Part shown: positions 10,802-22,663 of the stretch, piece by piece | How positions within the stretch are numbered: position 1 is the first letter of the stretch | How the letters are laid out: each line of letters starts with the position of its first letter | Source: Azolla caroliniana | Lineage: Eukaryota > Plantae > Polypodiophyta | DNA length: 64,000 bases | Direction of reading: 5' to 3' | NCBI GenBank assembly: GCA_043228905.1 | Contig: JBHGNT010000006.1 | Location: 20,026,001 to 20,090,000, forward strand | Program-made: the position numbers and the translations under genes | The notes under the pieces: model-generated | Told to the model about the DNA's origin: nothing | The model's database searches: none | What the model saw: the letters and a program-made list of their open reading frames with translations, nothing else

Positions 10802-13800
10802 CTGCTCTCACTTCGCATAAAAATGAGCAACAACAACAAACTGTTTGCCCTAAGTCATATTTATACACATATGACTTTCGGGCTATTTACAAATATAGCC
10901 TCAAGGGCTCTTGGCAAACATATTCACAAATATGTCCCTGCATCCGGATCTCTCTCCGGGTACATTCGTCATCCGGCTCCGTAACCGGGGTCTTCATCAT
11001 CCGGATCCGTATCCGGGTACTCTTCATCCGGCTTCATGCCGGGTACTCTTCATCATCCGGTTCCGTAACCGCAACCGGGCTTGCCGTCATTCATCTCCGG
11101 ACATCCCATCCGGAGGGACCGAAATCCCAACAAACTCCCCCTTCACTTCGGCATGGGATGTCTCTCCAATCCGACTCTCTTCCGGCACGCTCCCAGCTTG
11201 TCGGGTGTGAGCACTTTGGTCAGCATATCTGACCCGTTCTCTTCCGTGTGGATCTTCGTCAGCACGAACTCCTGGTCTTCTATCCTTTCCCGGATCCAAT
11301 GATATCTTCGCTGGATGTGCTTCGTCCGGGAGTGATAGGCCGCGTTCTTCGCAAGGTGGATGGCACTCTGACTGTTGCAGTAGAGTCGGTACTCCTCTTG
11401 CCGGATACCGAGCTCTCTAATGAAGTCCTTCATCCATATTATTTCCTTGCCGGCTTCAACAGCCGCCATGTACTCCGCCTCCGTGGTTGACAACGCAACC
11501 GTCTTCTGCAGCCTCGACTGCCACGAAACAGCTCCCCCTGCATACGTCATCACATACCCTGATGTGGACCGGCTGGTATCTGCATCAGCCGACATATCAG
11601 AATCAGTAAAGCCGTCGAGTTCGGGCTTACCGGAGCCGAATCGGAGGCACACGTTTGCCGTGCCCTTCAGGTATCGGAGTATCCACTTGACCGCGTTCCA
11701 GTGCTCTTTGCCGGGATTGCTCATGTATCGGCTCACCACTCCAACTGCATATCCTATGTCCGGTCTTGTACACACCATTGCGTACATCAAGCTTCCAACG
11801 GCAGAGGCATATGGTACTTTCATCATGTCCTCCTTCTCAGCCTTTGTCTTGGGGCTTTGCTTGCTGGACAACTTGCAGTTTGCCGGGAGGGTTGACCCGC
11901 CCGGTCTTGCTTCCGACATGTTGAACCGGTGAAGCACCTTTGTCACGTACTTCTCCTGTGACAGCCACAACTGCTTCTTCCGGTCCCGGATGATGTGCAT
12001 CCCTAGTATTTGCCTCGCCGGACCCAGGTCCTTCATAGAGAAGGTTCGGTGAAGCGCTTTCTTCAGCATCCGTATCTTGACCTGGTCCCGTCCGACGATC
12101 AACATGTCGTACACGTACAGGAGGAGTATCAGAGAGTCTCCTCCTTCGAACTTCTTCACAAACACGCAGTGATCGGACTGCGTTTTGTGGTACCCTTCGT
12201 TGATCATGAAAGAGTTGAACTTCCGGTACCATTGCCGGGGAGCCTGCTTCAGTCCGTAAAGGCTCTTCTTCAACCGGCATACCAGGTGCTCCTTCCCTTT
12301 CTTCTCGAATCCTTCAGGTTGCTGCATGTAGATCTCTTCTTCGAGGTCACCGTGAAGGAATGTCGTCTTCACGTCCATCTGTTCTACCTCGAGGTCCATG
12401 CTTGCCGCTATGCTCAGCACCGTCCGGATGGAGGTCATCTTCACTACCGGGGCAAATATCTCGTCGAAGTCGACACCCTTCTTCTGCTGAAACCCCTTCA
12501 CCACGATCCTGGCTTTGTATCTCGGGGGGTTTCCGGCATCTCCCAGTTTCAGCTTGAACACCCACTTGTTTCGAAGTGCCCGCTTTCCTTTCGGCAACTC
12601 CACAAGTTCATATGTGTGGTTCTCATGCAGGGAATCCATCTCCTCCTGCATGGCACTTAACCACCTGCGGCTATGGGTGTCAAGCTTTGCTTCTTCAAAA
12701 CTCTCCGGCTCCCCCTCGTCGGTCAGCAACACGTGCTCAGGTTCCGGAAATCTCCGGGGGGCCCTTCTCTCTCTTAGAGGATATCTCCGTTCCGGAGCTT
12801 CGGTAACCGGTTCTTCCGATTCTTCTTCATCCGAATCCATTTCGGGATCGGGGCCGGTTCCGGTATCATTTTCATCTTCTTCGGCCGGTTCTGTTTCTTC
12901 ACCGTCTTCGGCCGGATCCTCGAGTGCTAACCGGTCCCTTGCCGGTCGGGACTGCTCCTCGTAGAGTTGATCCTCACCGGTCGACTTGGAGCTCTTCATC
13001 TTCTTCTCCGACTCCCAGTCGGCGAGTGTCTTGTCCTCCATGAAGATGATATCTCGACTCCTGAATATCTTCTTGTCGACCGGGTCCCATACTCGGTAGC
13101 CGAACTCGTCGTCGCCGTAACCGAGGAATATGCATGGCCGGGTCTTTGGATCTAACTTTCCTCTCCGGTCCTTTGCCACATGCACATATGCGAGACACCC
13201 GAACACCTTCAGATGCCGGTAGGATACTTCCCTACCGGTCCACACTCTCTGCGGTGTGTCTCCGTCCAAAGGTACTGAGGGTGATCTGTTTATCACGTAT
13301 GTCGCCGTCGACATTGCCTCAGCCCAAAACCCCTTGGGTAATTTCGCATGCGCCAGCATACTCCGGACCCTCTCCATTATGGTCCGGTTCATCCTCTCGG
13401 CCAGCCCGTTCAGTTCCGGCGTCTTCGGCACGGTAAACTCAAGCCGGATTCCCTTCGAGCGACAGTACTCCGTGAACTGCCCCCGGTATTCCCCTCCGTT
13501 ATCCGCTCGTATCGCTTTCAGCTTCTTGCCGGATTCCCTTTCCACTCTCGCGTGGAGTTCTTTGAAGACGGACAATACTTGGTCCTTTGTCTTCAACGGT
13601 GCCGTCCACAACTTCCGGCTGTGGTCATCTATGAAAGTTACGAAGTATTGGGCTCCGCCATGTGACTTCGTTTCTACCTGACACACATCAGTGTGCACCA
13701 ACTCCAATGGTACACTACGTCTCGTCGGTGGCCTTGAGTGGAAGGAGGTCCGGTTTTGCTTACCGGCCAGGCAGTCGGTGCACTTCTCCAGGTGCACATG

Positions 13801-15509
13801 CTTCACTGGAATAAGGTTGTCTTCTGCAAGCCTCTTCATCCCCTTCTCACTCATGTGACACAGTCTCTTGTGCCACAGCTCACCGGCAGTATCGGCTGCC
13901 ACGTTCAGCTCCTCCGGACATAGCCGGGAATTCATCAGGTACAGTGTGTTGACCTTCCGGGCCCGAGCCACTATCAGGTTCCCCTTGCTGAACTTCATGA
14001 CACCGTTCCGGATGCTACCCGTGTAGCCTTCATCATCTAGCCTCCCGGCCGAAATCAGGTTCAATCGAACCTCCGGAACGTGTCGAACATCCTTCAGCAG
14101 CATCTTGCATCCGGTTGATGTCATCAGCCACACGTCTCCTATGCCGGCAATCCGGCATGTACCTTCATTTCCCATCCGGACACAGCCGTGCTCACCGGCT
14201 GTGTAGGATGAGAAGTATTTCTTCTCCGGGGTCAGGTGGAACGACGCTCCGGAATCGACCACCCAGGTCATCTCTTCACCGGCAAGGTTCAGCTCCCTCT
14301 CTTCGGTAATGAGCATTATCTCTTCTTCACTTGCCGCGAGTGCCGTCGTTCCTTTCCGGTCCTGCCCTCGCCGATCCGGACCTCTCCGGTCCGTGGCTCC
14401 CCGGTATGCACCGTTTCTCTCCGGTGACTTCTTCGAATCGGTGTCGTCGGCTCCGTTGTCCTTTCGGTAATGCCGACAATTCTTCCGGAAGTGCCCCGGC
14501 TTCCCACAGTGGAAGCATGTGGGCCTTCCTCTTGACTGCGACCGGGTCCCCGACTTCTCCCGTCTTTGCGGACTCCGGTTCCATTGTCTTCCCCGATCCG
14601 ATTCGGTAAGCAGCATCTTCGGATCGGAAACCGGTTCTTTGTCTCTCCGACGCGCTTCTTCGTTCAAAATGCTTGTCTTTACCGTTTGTAGAGACAAGTT
14701 ATCTTCGGTGCAGGAGGTGCTGAGAGTCACCACCAAGTTCTCCCAGCTTTCCGGCAATGTACACATCAGAATGATGGCTTGCATTGCATCCTCCAACGGG
14801 AACTTGATCGCCGCAAGCTGGTTCACGAAACCCATGAACGTGCTTACGTGTTCCACCATACTCTCGCCGTCCCGGTACTTGAGGTTCACTATCTTTCTCA
14901 TCAGGGAGGTCCGGTTCAACGCATTCTTCCTCTCGTAGAGGCCCGACAGCTTCCGCCACATCTCATATGCGTTGGTGTCGTTCGCCACGTGTTGTAGAAC
15001 GCTCACGTCGACGTATTGCCGAATGGTTGCAACGGCTTTCCGGTTCAGAAGCCTCCATTCCGTCTCAAGTACCCCCTTGGGTATTTCCGACCTGTCGATC
15101 GGTTCATACAGGTCCCGAACAATGAGCAGATCCTCCATCTTTATCTTCCAGTCGGCGTAGTTCTGCGCATTCAGCACCATCATCCCCGGCTGCCCGCTGC
15201 TGCCGCCTTCCATTTTCTGTGTTACAGTCGCTCTGATACCACTTTGTTGAACACAGTGCTTGGCCACAACCGAGGAATAGGATCAACTCACAGAAAACGG
15301 GAAATACAAAGTGCACGAGGACAATAGAGAGAGAAAGGTACACTGGATATTTTACGTGGAAAACCCTAAATGGGAAAAACCACGGGAGTCCTCAATCTCC
15401 AACTATCACTATGAACAGGGATGTACACTGGTGAAGCTACAAGGCAACAACCTTGAGCTCACTGTCTTCGCCACAGGCGGCGGTAATACACAGAGACAAC
15501 GACCTCTTC

Positions 15510-15544
<35 letters not shown>

Positions 15545-15875
15545 CTGCTCTCACTTCGCATAAAAATGAGCAACAACAACAAACTGTTTGCCCTAAGTCA
15601 TATTTATACACATATGACTTTCGGGCTATTTACAAATATAGCCTCAAGGGCTCTTGGCAAACATATTCACAAATATGTCCCCGTATCCGGATCTCTCTCC
15701 GGGTACATTCGTCATCCGGCTCCGTAACCGGGGTCTTCATCATCCGGATCCATATCCGGGTACTCTTCATCCGGCTTCATGCCGGGTACTCTTCATCATC
15801 CGGTTCCGTAACCGCAACCGGGCTTGCCGTCATTCATCTCCGGACATCCCATCCGGAGGGACCGAAATCCCAACA
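10504..15875 (-). mobile_element. Ty1/Copia LTR retrotransposon (inner element) inserted in the 3' UTR of the outer element
   Basis: LTRs 15245-15875 and 10504-11132, TG..CA. TSD CTAGG at 10499-10503 and 15876-15880. iMet PBS at 15230-15241. PPT directly after the pol stop (about 11135-11142). Confidence 0.97.
11143..15213 (-). CDS. Copia Gag-Pol polyprotein of the inner element (open frame, catalytic substitutions)
   Basis: Zn knuckle CFHCGKPGHFRKNC, protease DSGAS, GAG-pre-integrase WHKRLCH, integrase DNGGEY and NGLAERMNRT, then RT and RNase H in Copia order. First ATG after the PBS is at 15213. RT motif reads YVYD and RNase H reads YCNSQSAI. Confidence 0.93.
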   Translation of the reverse strand: MEGGSSGQPGMMVLNAQNYADWKIKMEDLLIVRDLYEPIDRSEIPKGVLETEWRLLNRKAVATIRQYVDVSVLQHVANDTNAYEMWRKLSGLYERKNALNRTSLMRKIVNLKYRDGESMVEHVSTFMGFVNQLAAIKFPLEDAMQAIILMCTLPESWENLVVTLSTSCTEDNLSLQTVKTSILNEEARRRDKEPVSDPKMLLTESDRGRQWNRSPQRREKSGTRSQSRGRPTCFHCGKPGHFRKNCRHYRKDNGADDTDSKKSPERNGAYRGATDRRGPDRRGQDRKGTTALAASEEEIMLITEERELNLAGEEMTWVVDSGASFHLTPEKKYFSSYTAGEHGCVRMGNEGTCRIAGIGDVWLMTSTGCKMLLKDVRHVPEVRLNLISAGRLDDEGYTGSIRNGVMKFSKGNLIVARARKVNTLYLMNSRLCPEELNVAADTAGELWHKRLCHMSEKGMKRLAEDNLIPVKHVHLEKCTDCLAGKQNRTSFHSRPPTRRSVPLELVHTDVCQVETKSHGGAQYFVTFIDDHSRKLWTAPLKTKDQVLSVFKELHARVERESGKKLKAIRADNGGEYRGQFTEYCRSKGIRLEFTVPKTPELNGLAERMNRTIMERVRSMLAHAKLPKGFWAEAMSTATYVINRSPSVPLDGDTPQRVWTGREVSYRHLKVFGCLAYVHVAKDRRGKLDPKTRPCIFLGYGDDEFGYRVWDPVDKKIFRSRDIIFMEDKTLADWESEKKMKSSKSTGEDQLYEEQSRPARDRLALEDPAEDGEETEPAEEDENDTGTGPDPEMDSDEEESEEPVTEAPERRYPLRERRAPRRFPEPEHVLLTDEGEPESFEEAKLDTHSRRWLSAMQEEMDSLHENHTYELVELPKGKRALRNKWVFKLKLGDAGNPPRYKARIVVKGFQQKKGVDFDEIFAPVVKMTSIRTVLSIAASMDLEVEQMDVKTTFLHGDLEEEIYMQQPEGFEKKGKEHLVCRLKKSLYGLKQAPRQWYRKFNSFMINEGYHKTQSDHCVFVKKFEGGDSLILLLYVYDMLIVGRDQVKIRMLKKALHRTFSMKDLGPARQILGMHIIRDRKKQLWLSQEKYVTKVLHRFNMSEARPGGSTLPANCKLSSKQSPKTKAEKEDMMKVPYASAVGSLMYAMVCTRPDIGYAVGVVSRYMSNPGKEHWNAVKWILRYLKGTANVCLRFGSGKPELDGFTDSDMSADADTSRSTSGYVMTYAGGAVSWQSRLQKTVALSTTEAEYMAAVEAGKEIIWMKDFIRELGIRQEEYRLYCNSQSAIHLAKNAAYHSRTKHIQRRYHWIRERIEDQEFVLTKIHTEENGSDMLTKVLTPDKLGACRKRVGLERHPMPK

Positions 15876-16018
15876 CTAGGTTCTCGAACATATCAGTTTT
15901 TTTTCGAGTCGGCAGTGTCCGAAGGCAGAAGACCGGACTGGTCGGGTCGGAAGAGTTGAAGCCGATCATTAAGGAACTGATGTCGGTTGTCTGAAACCAT
16001 CCTGCGCTGTGTCCGGCT

Positions 16019-19000
16019 CTAACCGGACTGGTTTGTCGTTACGCCCATCTGATGCCGAAGGGACCGAAAGCGGTCTGCCGAAAGACACTTGGTCATTCCA
16101 TCTGCGACATTGTCGGTTGTGGATATTTTCTCTAGACCGATTTTCCCTGAAATGACGCAGTCCCGAACGAAGTGATATCGAACGTCGATATGTTTGGAGG
16201 CGTTGTGGTGAACCGGATTTTTCGACAAGGCAACAGCACCTTGACTGTCGCTATAGACAACTGGGGCCGAGTCATGGTCGACTTGTCGAAACGTGTGCGC
16301 CAGCCGGCCGAGCCACAAAGCTTCTTTTGCAGCGTCGGACGCAGCTACATATTCTGCTTCGGTCGTTGAGGTCGTTGTGCACTCCTGAAGTTTCGACTTC
16401 CACGAAATTGCTCCATTGCCGAATTTGAAGCAGTATCCAGTTGTTGATTTCCGACTGTCTATACAGCCGGCGAAGTCCGAGTCGGTGTAACCGACTACGC
16501 CTGAGGTTGAGTTCGGACCGAAAAGAATGTCGTGGTCTTTTGTGCCAGCCAGATATTTGAACACATGCTTGACTACGTTCCAATGCGATCGGCCAGGATT
16601 GTGCATAAATCTGCTAACGACTCCTACGGCATGAGAAATATCAGGCCGTGTCGCGACCATCAGGTACATAAGGGAGCCGACTGCCGGTGCATACGGTACC
16701 GACTTCATATCTTCCCCCTCCGGACCGGATGTCGGGCAGTCTCGCTGAGAGAGCCGAAGATTCATGGGGAGCGGGGTTGAAGCAGATTTGGCTGATTGCA
16801 TGTTGAAGCGTTCCAAGACACGTCCGATATAGTCGGTCTGAGACAAAAAAAGATGTCGTTTATCGCGATGCCGACTAATCTTCATGCCAAGTATGTGTCG
16901 TGCCGGACCGAGGTCCTTCATGGCAAACTTCAACCGCAATTGCCGAATGAGATCGGCAAGTTCGCCTGCGTGGCGTCCAAAAATTAGCATGTCGTCCACG
17001 TAAATGATGAGGAAGATGGGTGATCCATCTTGAGCTGTGTTGGTAAAAAGACAATGGTCCTCATCGCTTTTTGAGAAGCCGATCGATTGGATGAAGTCGT
17101 CGAACTTCTTGTACCATTGTCGCGGTGCCTGTTTGAGGCCGTATAGACTCTTCCTAAGTCGGCAGACTAGATGTTCTTGGCCAGTTGCCACGAAGCCTTT
17201 TGGCTGCTCCATATAAATTTCCTCTTCAAGATCACCATGGAGGAAGGCTGTTTTGACATCTAGCTGAATCAACTCCAAGTTGTCGGCTGCCACTACGCCG
17301 AGTAGAAAACGAAGGGTTGTCATTTTCACCACTGGTGAAAAAATCTCGTCGAAGTCGACGCCATATTCTTGTCGGAAGCCCTTCGCAACTAATCTGGCCT
17401 TGTACTTTGGGGTGGTCGAATCAAACGTCTCTTTTAGTCGATAAACCCACTTGCAAGGGAGAGCACGTCGATTCTTAGGTAATTCGACCAGATCCCAGGT
17501 CTTGTTTGCCCGAATGGAGTGCATTTCCGACTCCATCGCCAGATGCCAGATGGCTGAATCGACAGATGTCGATGCTTCTTCGTAAGACGTCGGTTCGTCG
17601 GCGTCGGTGAAGAAAATTCCAGGAGAATACCTCTCCGGAGGTTGCGACAGTCTCTCGGATCGTCGAGGTATGATTGGACTGGTCGTATCGGGTATCGAGG
17701 TCGGATGGTCCGAAAGCGAATTATTCTGCTGTGCCGAGTCAGAGTTGTCCGAGTCGGTAGTGTAAGGTTCAGCTACCCGTGAAGCTGACCGTGTGTTAAG
17801 AGCGGGCCCTTCTTGAAGGGTCGGCACATCGGAAAATGTTACCCTTCGGACTTCGATCGGTGTTTCGACTGATGGATTCATAGCCGACTCGTTGAACACA
17901 ACGTCCGAACTTCGAACGATTTGTCTGCGTTCGGGGTCCCAGAGTCGGTATCCCATTTCACCGTCTGATCCATATCCAAGGAAAATGCATTTCCTGGACC
18001 GAGGTGCAAGTTTTCGGCGATCATCTTTCGGAATAAGGGCGTACGCCTCGCATCCGAAGATCCTCAGCTTGTCGTAATTCGGCTTACTGCCGATCCATAG
18101 TTCCTGAGGAATTTGAAGTCCTAGAGGTCTGCTTGGCGACATATTGATTATGTGTACTGCCGTGAGTAGAGCCTCTGCCCAGAAGCCATCCGACAGTCCG
18201 GAGTGTTGGAGCATGGAAACTATCCGTTCTTGGATTGTCCGATTCATGCGTTCTGCAATCCCGTTTTGCTCCGGACTGTGTGGTGCCGTAAATTCACGTC
18301 GGATGCCGCGTTGTCGGCAGAATTTGACGAATTCTTCTTATTTGAACTCTCCCCCATTGTCGGTCCGAAAGCATTTCAGTTTTCGGTCAGTTTGATTTTC
18401 TACCATAGCGAGCCAATCGGAGAAGATCGAGAAGACACGATCTTTGGTGCGAATTGGATAAGCCCACACCTTTCGAGTCGAATCGTCAATAAAACTGACG
18501 AAGTAAGAGGCACCGCCGAGAGACTGATGCGGCATTGGGCCACAGACGTCCGAGTGGACTAAATCGAGAGGTCTCGTTTCTCTTGGTGCTGATGTCGGGT
18601 GTGATGCGGCTGCTTGTTTGCCATACTGGCAATGTTTGCAGAATTGATGGTCCGAGAAGGAGAGTTTAGGGATGTATCCGGCTCTAGATAGGTGCGTAAT
18701 GCCGGCCTTGCTGAGGTGTCCTAATCTTCTGTGCCATAGTGATGACACAGGAATATCCACCAAAAACAGGTTACCCTCTCTGAGCGTAACATGTAACGGA
18801 TACAGTGAGTGTATCTTGGGTCCTCTAGCAAGCAGGAGGTTCCCCCTGTGGAGTGTCCACCCTCCCGAAGAAAAACCGGCACGAATGCCGTCTTCATCTA
18901 GTTGTCCGACTGAGATCAATGGCCTTGAGAGCTCGGGTACATGTCGGACATTGTGAAGTACAAGTGTAGAGCCACCTGCAAGGTTGAGCTCTACTATGCC

Positions 19001-20050
19001 GATTCCAATGATGTCACAGTGTTGCGAGTTGCCGACTCGAACTGAGTCGGAGTGACGGATCGTATATTGCCGAAATTGGGATCGATGAGGAGTCACGTGA
19101 AATGACGCGCCCGAATCTAAGAGCCATGTGCTCGATTCTTCAGTCGTGAGCAGAACTTCTGATCCGACTGGATTTTCGATTGATAGTATATTCGGGTCGT
19201 TTGGTAGCACATCAGCTGAGGAGCTGACGTAATTGATCTCCTCATGCCGGCCACTCTTCTTGTCTGATTTCTGAGACTTGTCGTTCTTGTTCTTGAGTGC
19301 GCGGCAGTCGGCTTTGATGTGTCCGGGTTTCTTGCAATAGTTGCAGATTCGATTATCCCGTGACTGGCTCCGTCTTCGCTGATTGTTCGGCTGCCGTGAG
19401 GAATCTCTTCCTCGTATGTTCGATCGGTCTGTCGAACCTTGTACTACATAAGCGTCGTCTGTTGAGTCTTTGGCGAAAGACTTTCTCCGAGCTGCTTCGG
19501 TCAGGATTGCGCTCGTGACTTCGGAGTATTTAACAGCCGTGGTTGACGCGTTGCACACGGTTGTGACGAAAGTTTCCCATGATGAGGGAAGGTTGCTCAT
19601 GAGTATCATTGCTCTGAGTTCATCCTCGATTGCCGTCCCCTGAGATGAGATTTGGGAGCTTATGCTTTCATACTTATTGAGATGTGCTTGAACTGAATCT
19701 GATTCTTTCATTCGCAAGTTGTAGAGGCGCCGGATCAGAAACATCTTCGTTGCAGCGACCTTCTTTTCGTAGGTGTCCGACAGTGTTTTCCACAGTTCGA
19801 ATGCTGTCGTACACGATTGCACCGTAAAGTATACCAATTCCGATAGGTGCATCCGAATCGTGGCGCGGACGATTCTGTCCAGCTTCTGCCACTCAATTGG
19901 TTTGTATCCTTCTGGAGGTTCTTCATTTTCGATGGGATCGATTTGCCCCTTGACTATGAGATAGTCCTGCATTTGCTCCTTCCAGAAGTTGAAGTTCGAT
20001 CCATCGAACTTTCGTAGACTCATTTCTGACGAACCGGATGTTGATGTCAT
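16019..20050 (-). pseudogene. Copia Gag-Pol of the outer element with one in-frame stop codon
   Basis: ORFs 18338-20050 and 16019-18247 share a frame. A TAA at 18338-18340 interrupts integrase (GGEFK*EEF). Zn knuckle CNYCKKPGHIKADC, protease DSGAS and RT YVDD are intact. Confidence 0.93.
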
Positions 20051-21935
20051 GACTCTGCCCTAAGTCGGCTACGAACTTTGGTGAAGTGCAGCGATTTGGC
20101 CCACTCAGTGTCGTTCTAGCCGGAGTTGGACACAAGTGATGTTGATTACGGAGAATCGGGGATTTGGTTCGGATTGACTACCGACAACTGTCTTAGTCGA
20201 GTTGAACCTAGATTTAACGATCCGACAGTACTTCAAGCCGATTCGGTTTCGGTTGACTGCAACAGTGAGAGCAATGGAACCGACTGGTCCTTCCGATTAT
20301 TGTCCAATCGAATGAAACACGAACTGGGGTTGTCCTTGAAGTCGTCGTTGTGCAGAAAGCCCACCTCAAGCAGTTACGATCAGGGAAGTAGAGTACAGCC
20401 GACTGGCTTACTCCGAGTGATGATCTAACGCAGCGAGATTCAAGCTTGTGTTTGCCTACTTTCTTCTCTGTTTCTTCGAATGACGCAAGAGGTCGGATGC
20501 TTTGCAGACTAGGATGAAGCGAAAGGCCGAATACTGTGCAGGCTGTGATGAAGCGAAGAACCGAATGCTGTGCAGGCTGAGACGACGGCCGACAGCGGGT
20601 TGAGGAACCTTGCTCTGATACCAAATGTTGAAGACAAGGCCGTCAATGCGGAAGATCAAATAGCATTCGATTCGAGTTGAGTACCTGCGTATGACAGTTT
20701 CTAAGATCGTGCACAGAGATAGAGAGAGAGAGAGAGAGAGAGAGGAAGGAGGCACAAAAGACTCTTTCTATTCCATAGAAACACAATAATACAACCAACC
20801 TTACAAAAAGGTTACTAGGTCACTTTATATAGTGACACACTTAGGGCAACTACCATTTATGCTAATTACACAAATGGCCCAAACTTGAGCTATACAAAGG
20901 GATAGTGTGAATACGTCCATTATACACTTGTATTCGACACCATTGTTGTCATTACAGTTTATAGGAACACGAAAGGAAGTCCAACCAGTATGGGAGATAT
21001 TGAGTAGTACCGCTATATATCACATTTGGAAGGTTAGGTGCTCTCTTATTTTCCATCAACTTAAAACACCACCGGCTAAATTGGTTTCAAATATTTGGTT
21101 AGACATAGTTCATACTTTGAAGGGACAATGGGATGGTATTGTTGGAGATTCTGATGCTAAAATTGCTCAACGGCATGACTTTATCACTATATGGAATGCT
21201 ACTCCATTCATGACAGCCAACTGTGGTACGCCTTATTGGCATTTTTAACCTCCGAAATGGTTGTTTCCCCCCCCCCCAATCACATAGAATTTAAATCTTG
21301 TAAAAATGGTTACACTAATGACAGGATATCTTCTTTAAAATAAAATAAAAACACACACACACACACATTATGAACTACTACTGAGAATGTGAACTATCTT
21401 GTATAGAGTTAAGATCATGTGGATTCTTCTTCTTCTTCTTCTTCTTCTTCTTCTTCTTCTTCTTCCTTCTTCTTGCTTCACAAACTCATCCATCATTTGC
21501 TCTAATTCATTAATGCATCAACCCCAAGTGAGTTTGTGAGAGTGGTCATCCTCATTGCTTAACAGTAATGATGCCGGCGAAAAAAATCCAAATTTCCATT
21601 CTCTCTCAGTGCACTTTGACATATCACGTTCTCGTATATTAATTTTTTTGGCACCTCCAATTCATCCATGTGTCTCCAAATATGTTCCCAAGTGCACCAT
21701 ATCAAAAGCTTTGTCGAAGCCTATAGAGCAATAAAATATAATCCTTTGCCTTCCAGACAATTTTCTTCCATGAAGAGTTGGGGTAATCAATGATGTTATG
21801 GTAATTTTGGAAAACCAACTTGTCGAGAAGCCCTCTTACCATTCTTTTCAACTCACACGCTTAGTTTAACTTCTATTATACATCCAAATAGCTTTGCCAT
21901 AAGGGAACTGACCATGATTATTTGATGGTTGCAAC

Positions 21936-22518
21936 TAGCTATGGGCCCAAATTCAGCTCGAACCGAATTGAATCATTAATCCATGGTTTAACAATTTATC
22001 GGTTCCAAAAAAAATTATGGTTTGGTTTAGAATATTAATAAATGGTTCGGTTTGGTTCTAAAACTTGGGTTTATCAGTTTATAGGTTTTTTTCCAAAAAA
22101 TCTATTTATAGGTTTAAATGGTTTGGTTTAAAGGTTTATTGGTTTTTGGGTAACTTTTTTTCCTTAATGGTTTATTATTTTATTTTTATTAATTTAAATA
22201 ATTTAAATTAAATTCTTATTTAATTTAATGGTTTAATTAATGTTTTTATTTATTTAAAATTTTACGCTTAAATTCTTATTTATTTTAATGTTTTTTTTTT
22301 TTTAATTAGTTTGACTTAAATGGTTCGGTTTGGTTTTAACTTTTCCCTAAACGGTTTTGGTTTCAATGGTTTGGTTTACCTTTTCTTAAATGGTTTGGTT
22401 TAAATGGCTTGCGAGTTCATAAACCGTTTTGGATTGGTTTTTGTTTTATGTAAATGGTTTGGTTCAGTTTAGTTTGGCTTCAAAGCAAAGAAAATGAACC
22501 GAACTGGGGCCATTGCTA
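21936..22518. mobile_element. MITE-like non-autonomous DNA transposon (hAT-like)
   Basis: Imperfect TIRs TAGCTATGGGCCC / GGGGCCATTGCTA, AT-rich core and GGTTT/AACCG subterminal motifs. A related left end is at 51363. No clear TSD. Confidence 0.6.
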
Positions 22519-22663
22519 TTTGTGTCTCCCTCTTTCGGATGTGGAAAATGTATAAACTAACTTCTTGATTCTTCTGTTTCTTTGAACTGGTCTTTTGTAA
22601 GCATATAGGTAAGTTTGATGGTTTTCTTTACCTTTGACTTTAGGTATTTCTAGCTAAAGTTGT

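Larger units (their letters stand above)
10136..20939 (-). mobile_element. Ty1/Copia LTR retrotransposon (outer element), full length
   Basis: LTRs 20626-20939 (5') and 10136-10447 (3'), TG..CA, nearly identical. TSD CCATT at 10131-10135 and 20940-20944. tRNA-iMet PBS TGGTATCAGAGC next to 20625. PPT at 10448-10455. Confidence 0.97.
10049..21349 (+). mobile_element. 5'-truncated LINE 3' end (about 0.5 kb), split by the Copia nest
   Basis: 10049-10135 joined to 20945-21349 reads ..LVRDAFHYDTESMDHGFYTKSGSVHIVP|LLSLQFIGTRKEVQPVWEIL.., matching the LINE 3' end at about 31500-31970. A-rich tail at 21337-21349. Flanked by the identical direct repeat AA(CA)8TT at 10029-10048 and 21350-21369. Confidence 0.85.

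Noticed and set aside
15214-15267. N-terminal extension of the 1374-aa ORF
   Set aside because: It begins at a non-ATG codon inside the LTR and crosses the PBS. The plausible start is ATG 15213.
18338-18340. Programmed read-through at the TAA in the outer Copia
   Set aside because: The stop lies inside the integrase core, not at a gag-pol boundary. A point mutation (probably TCA to TAA) is simpler.
11248-20428. Many short plus-strand and alternative-frame ORFs inside the Copia elements
   Set aside because: Shadow ORFs of GC-rich gag-pol with no recognisable domains.
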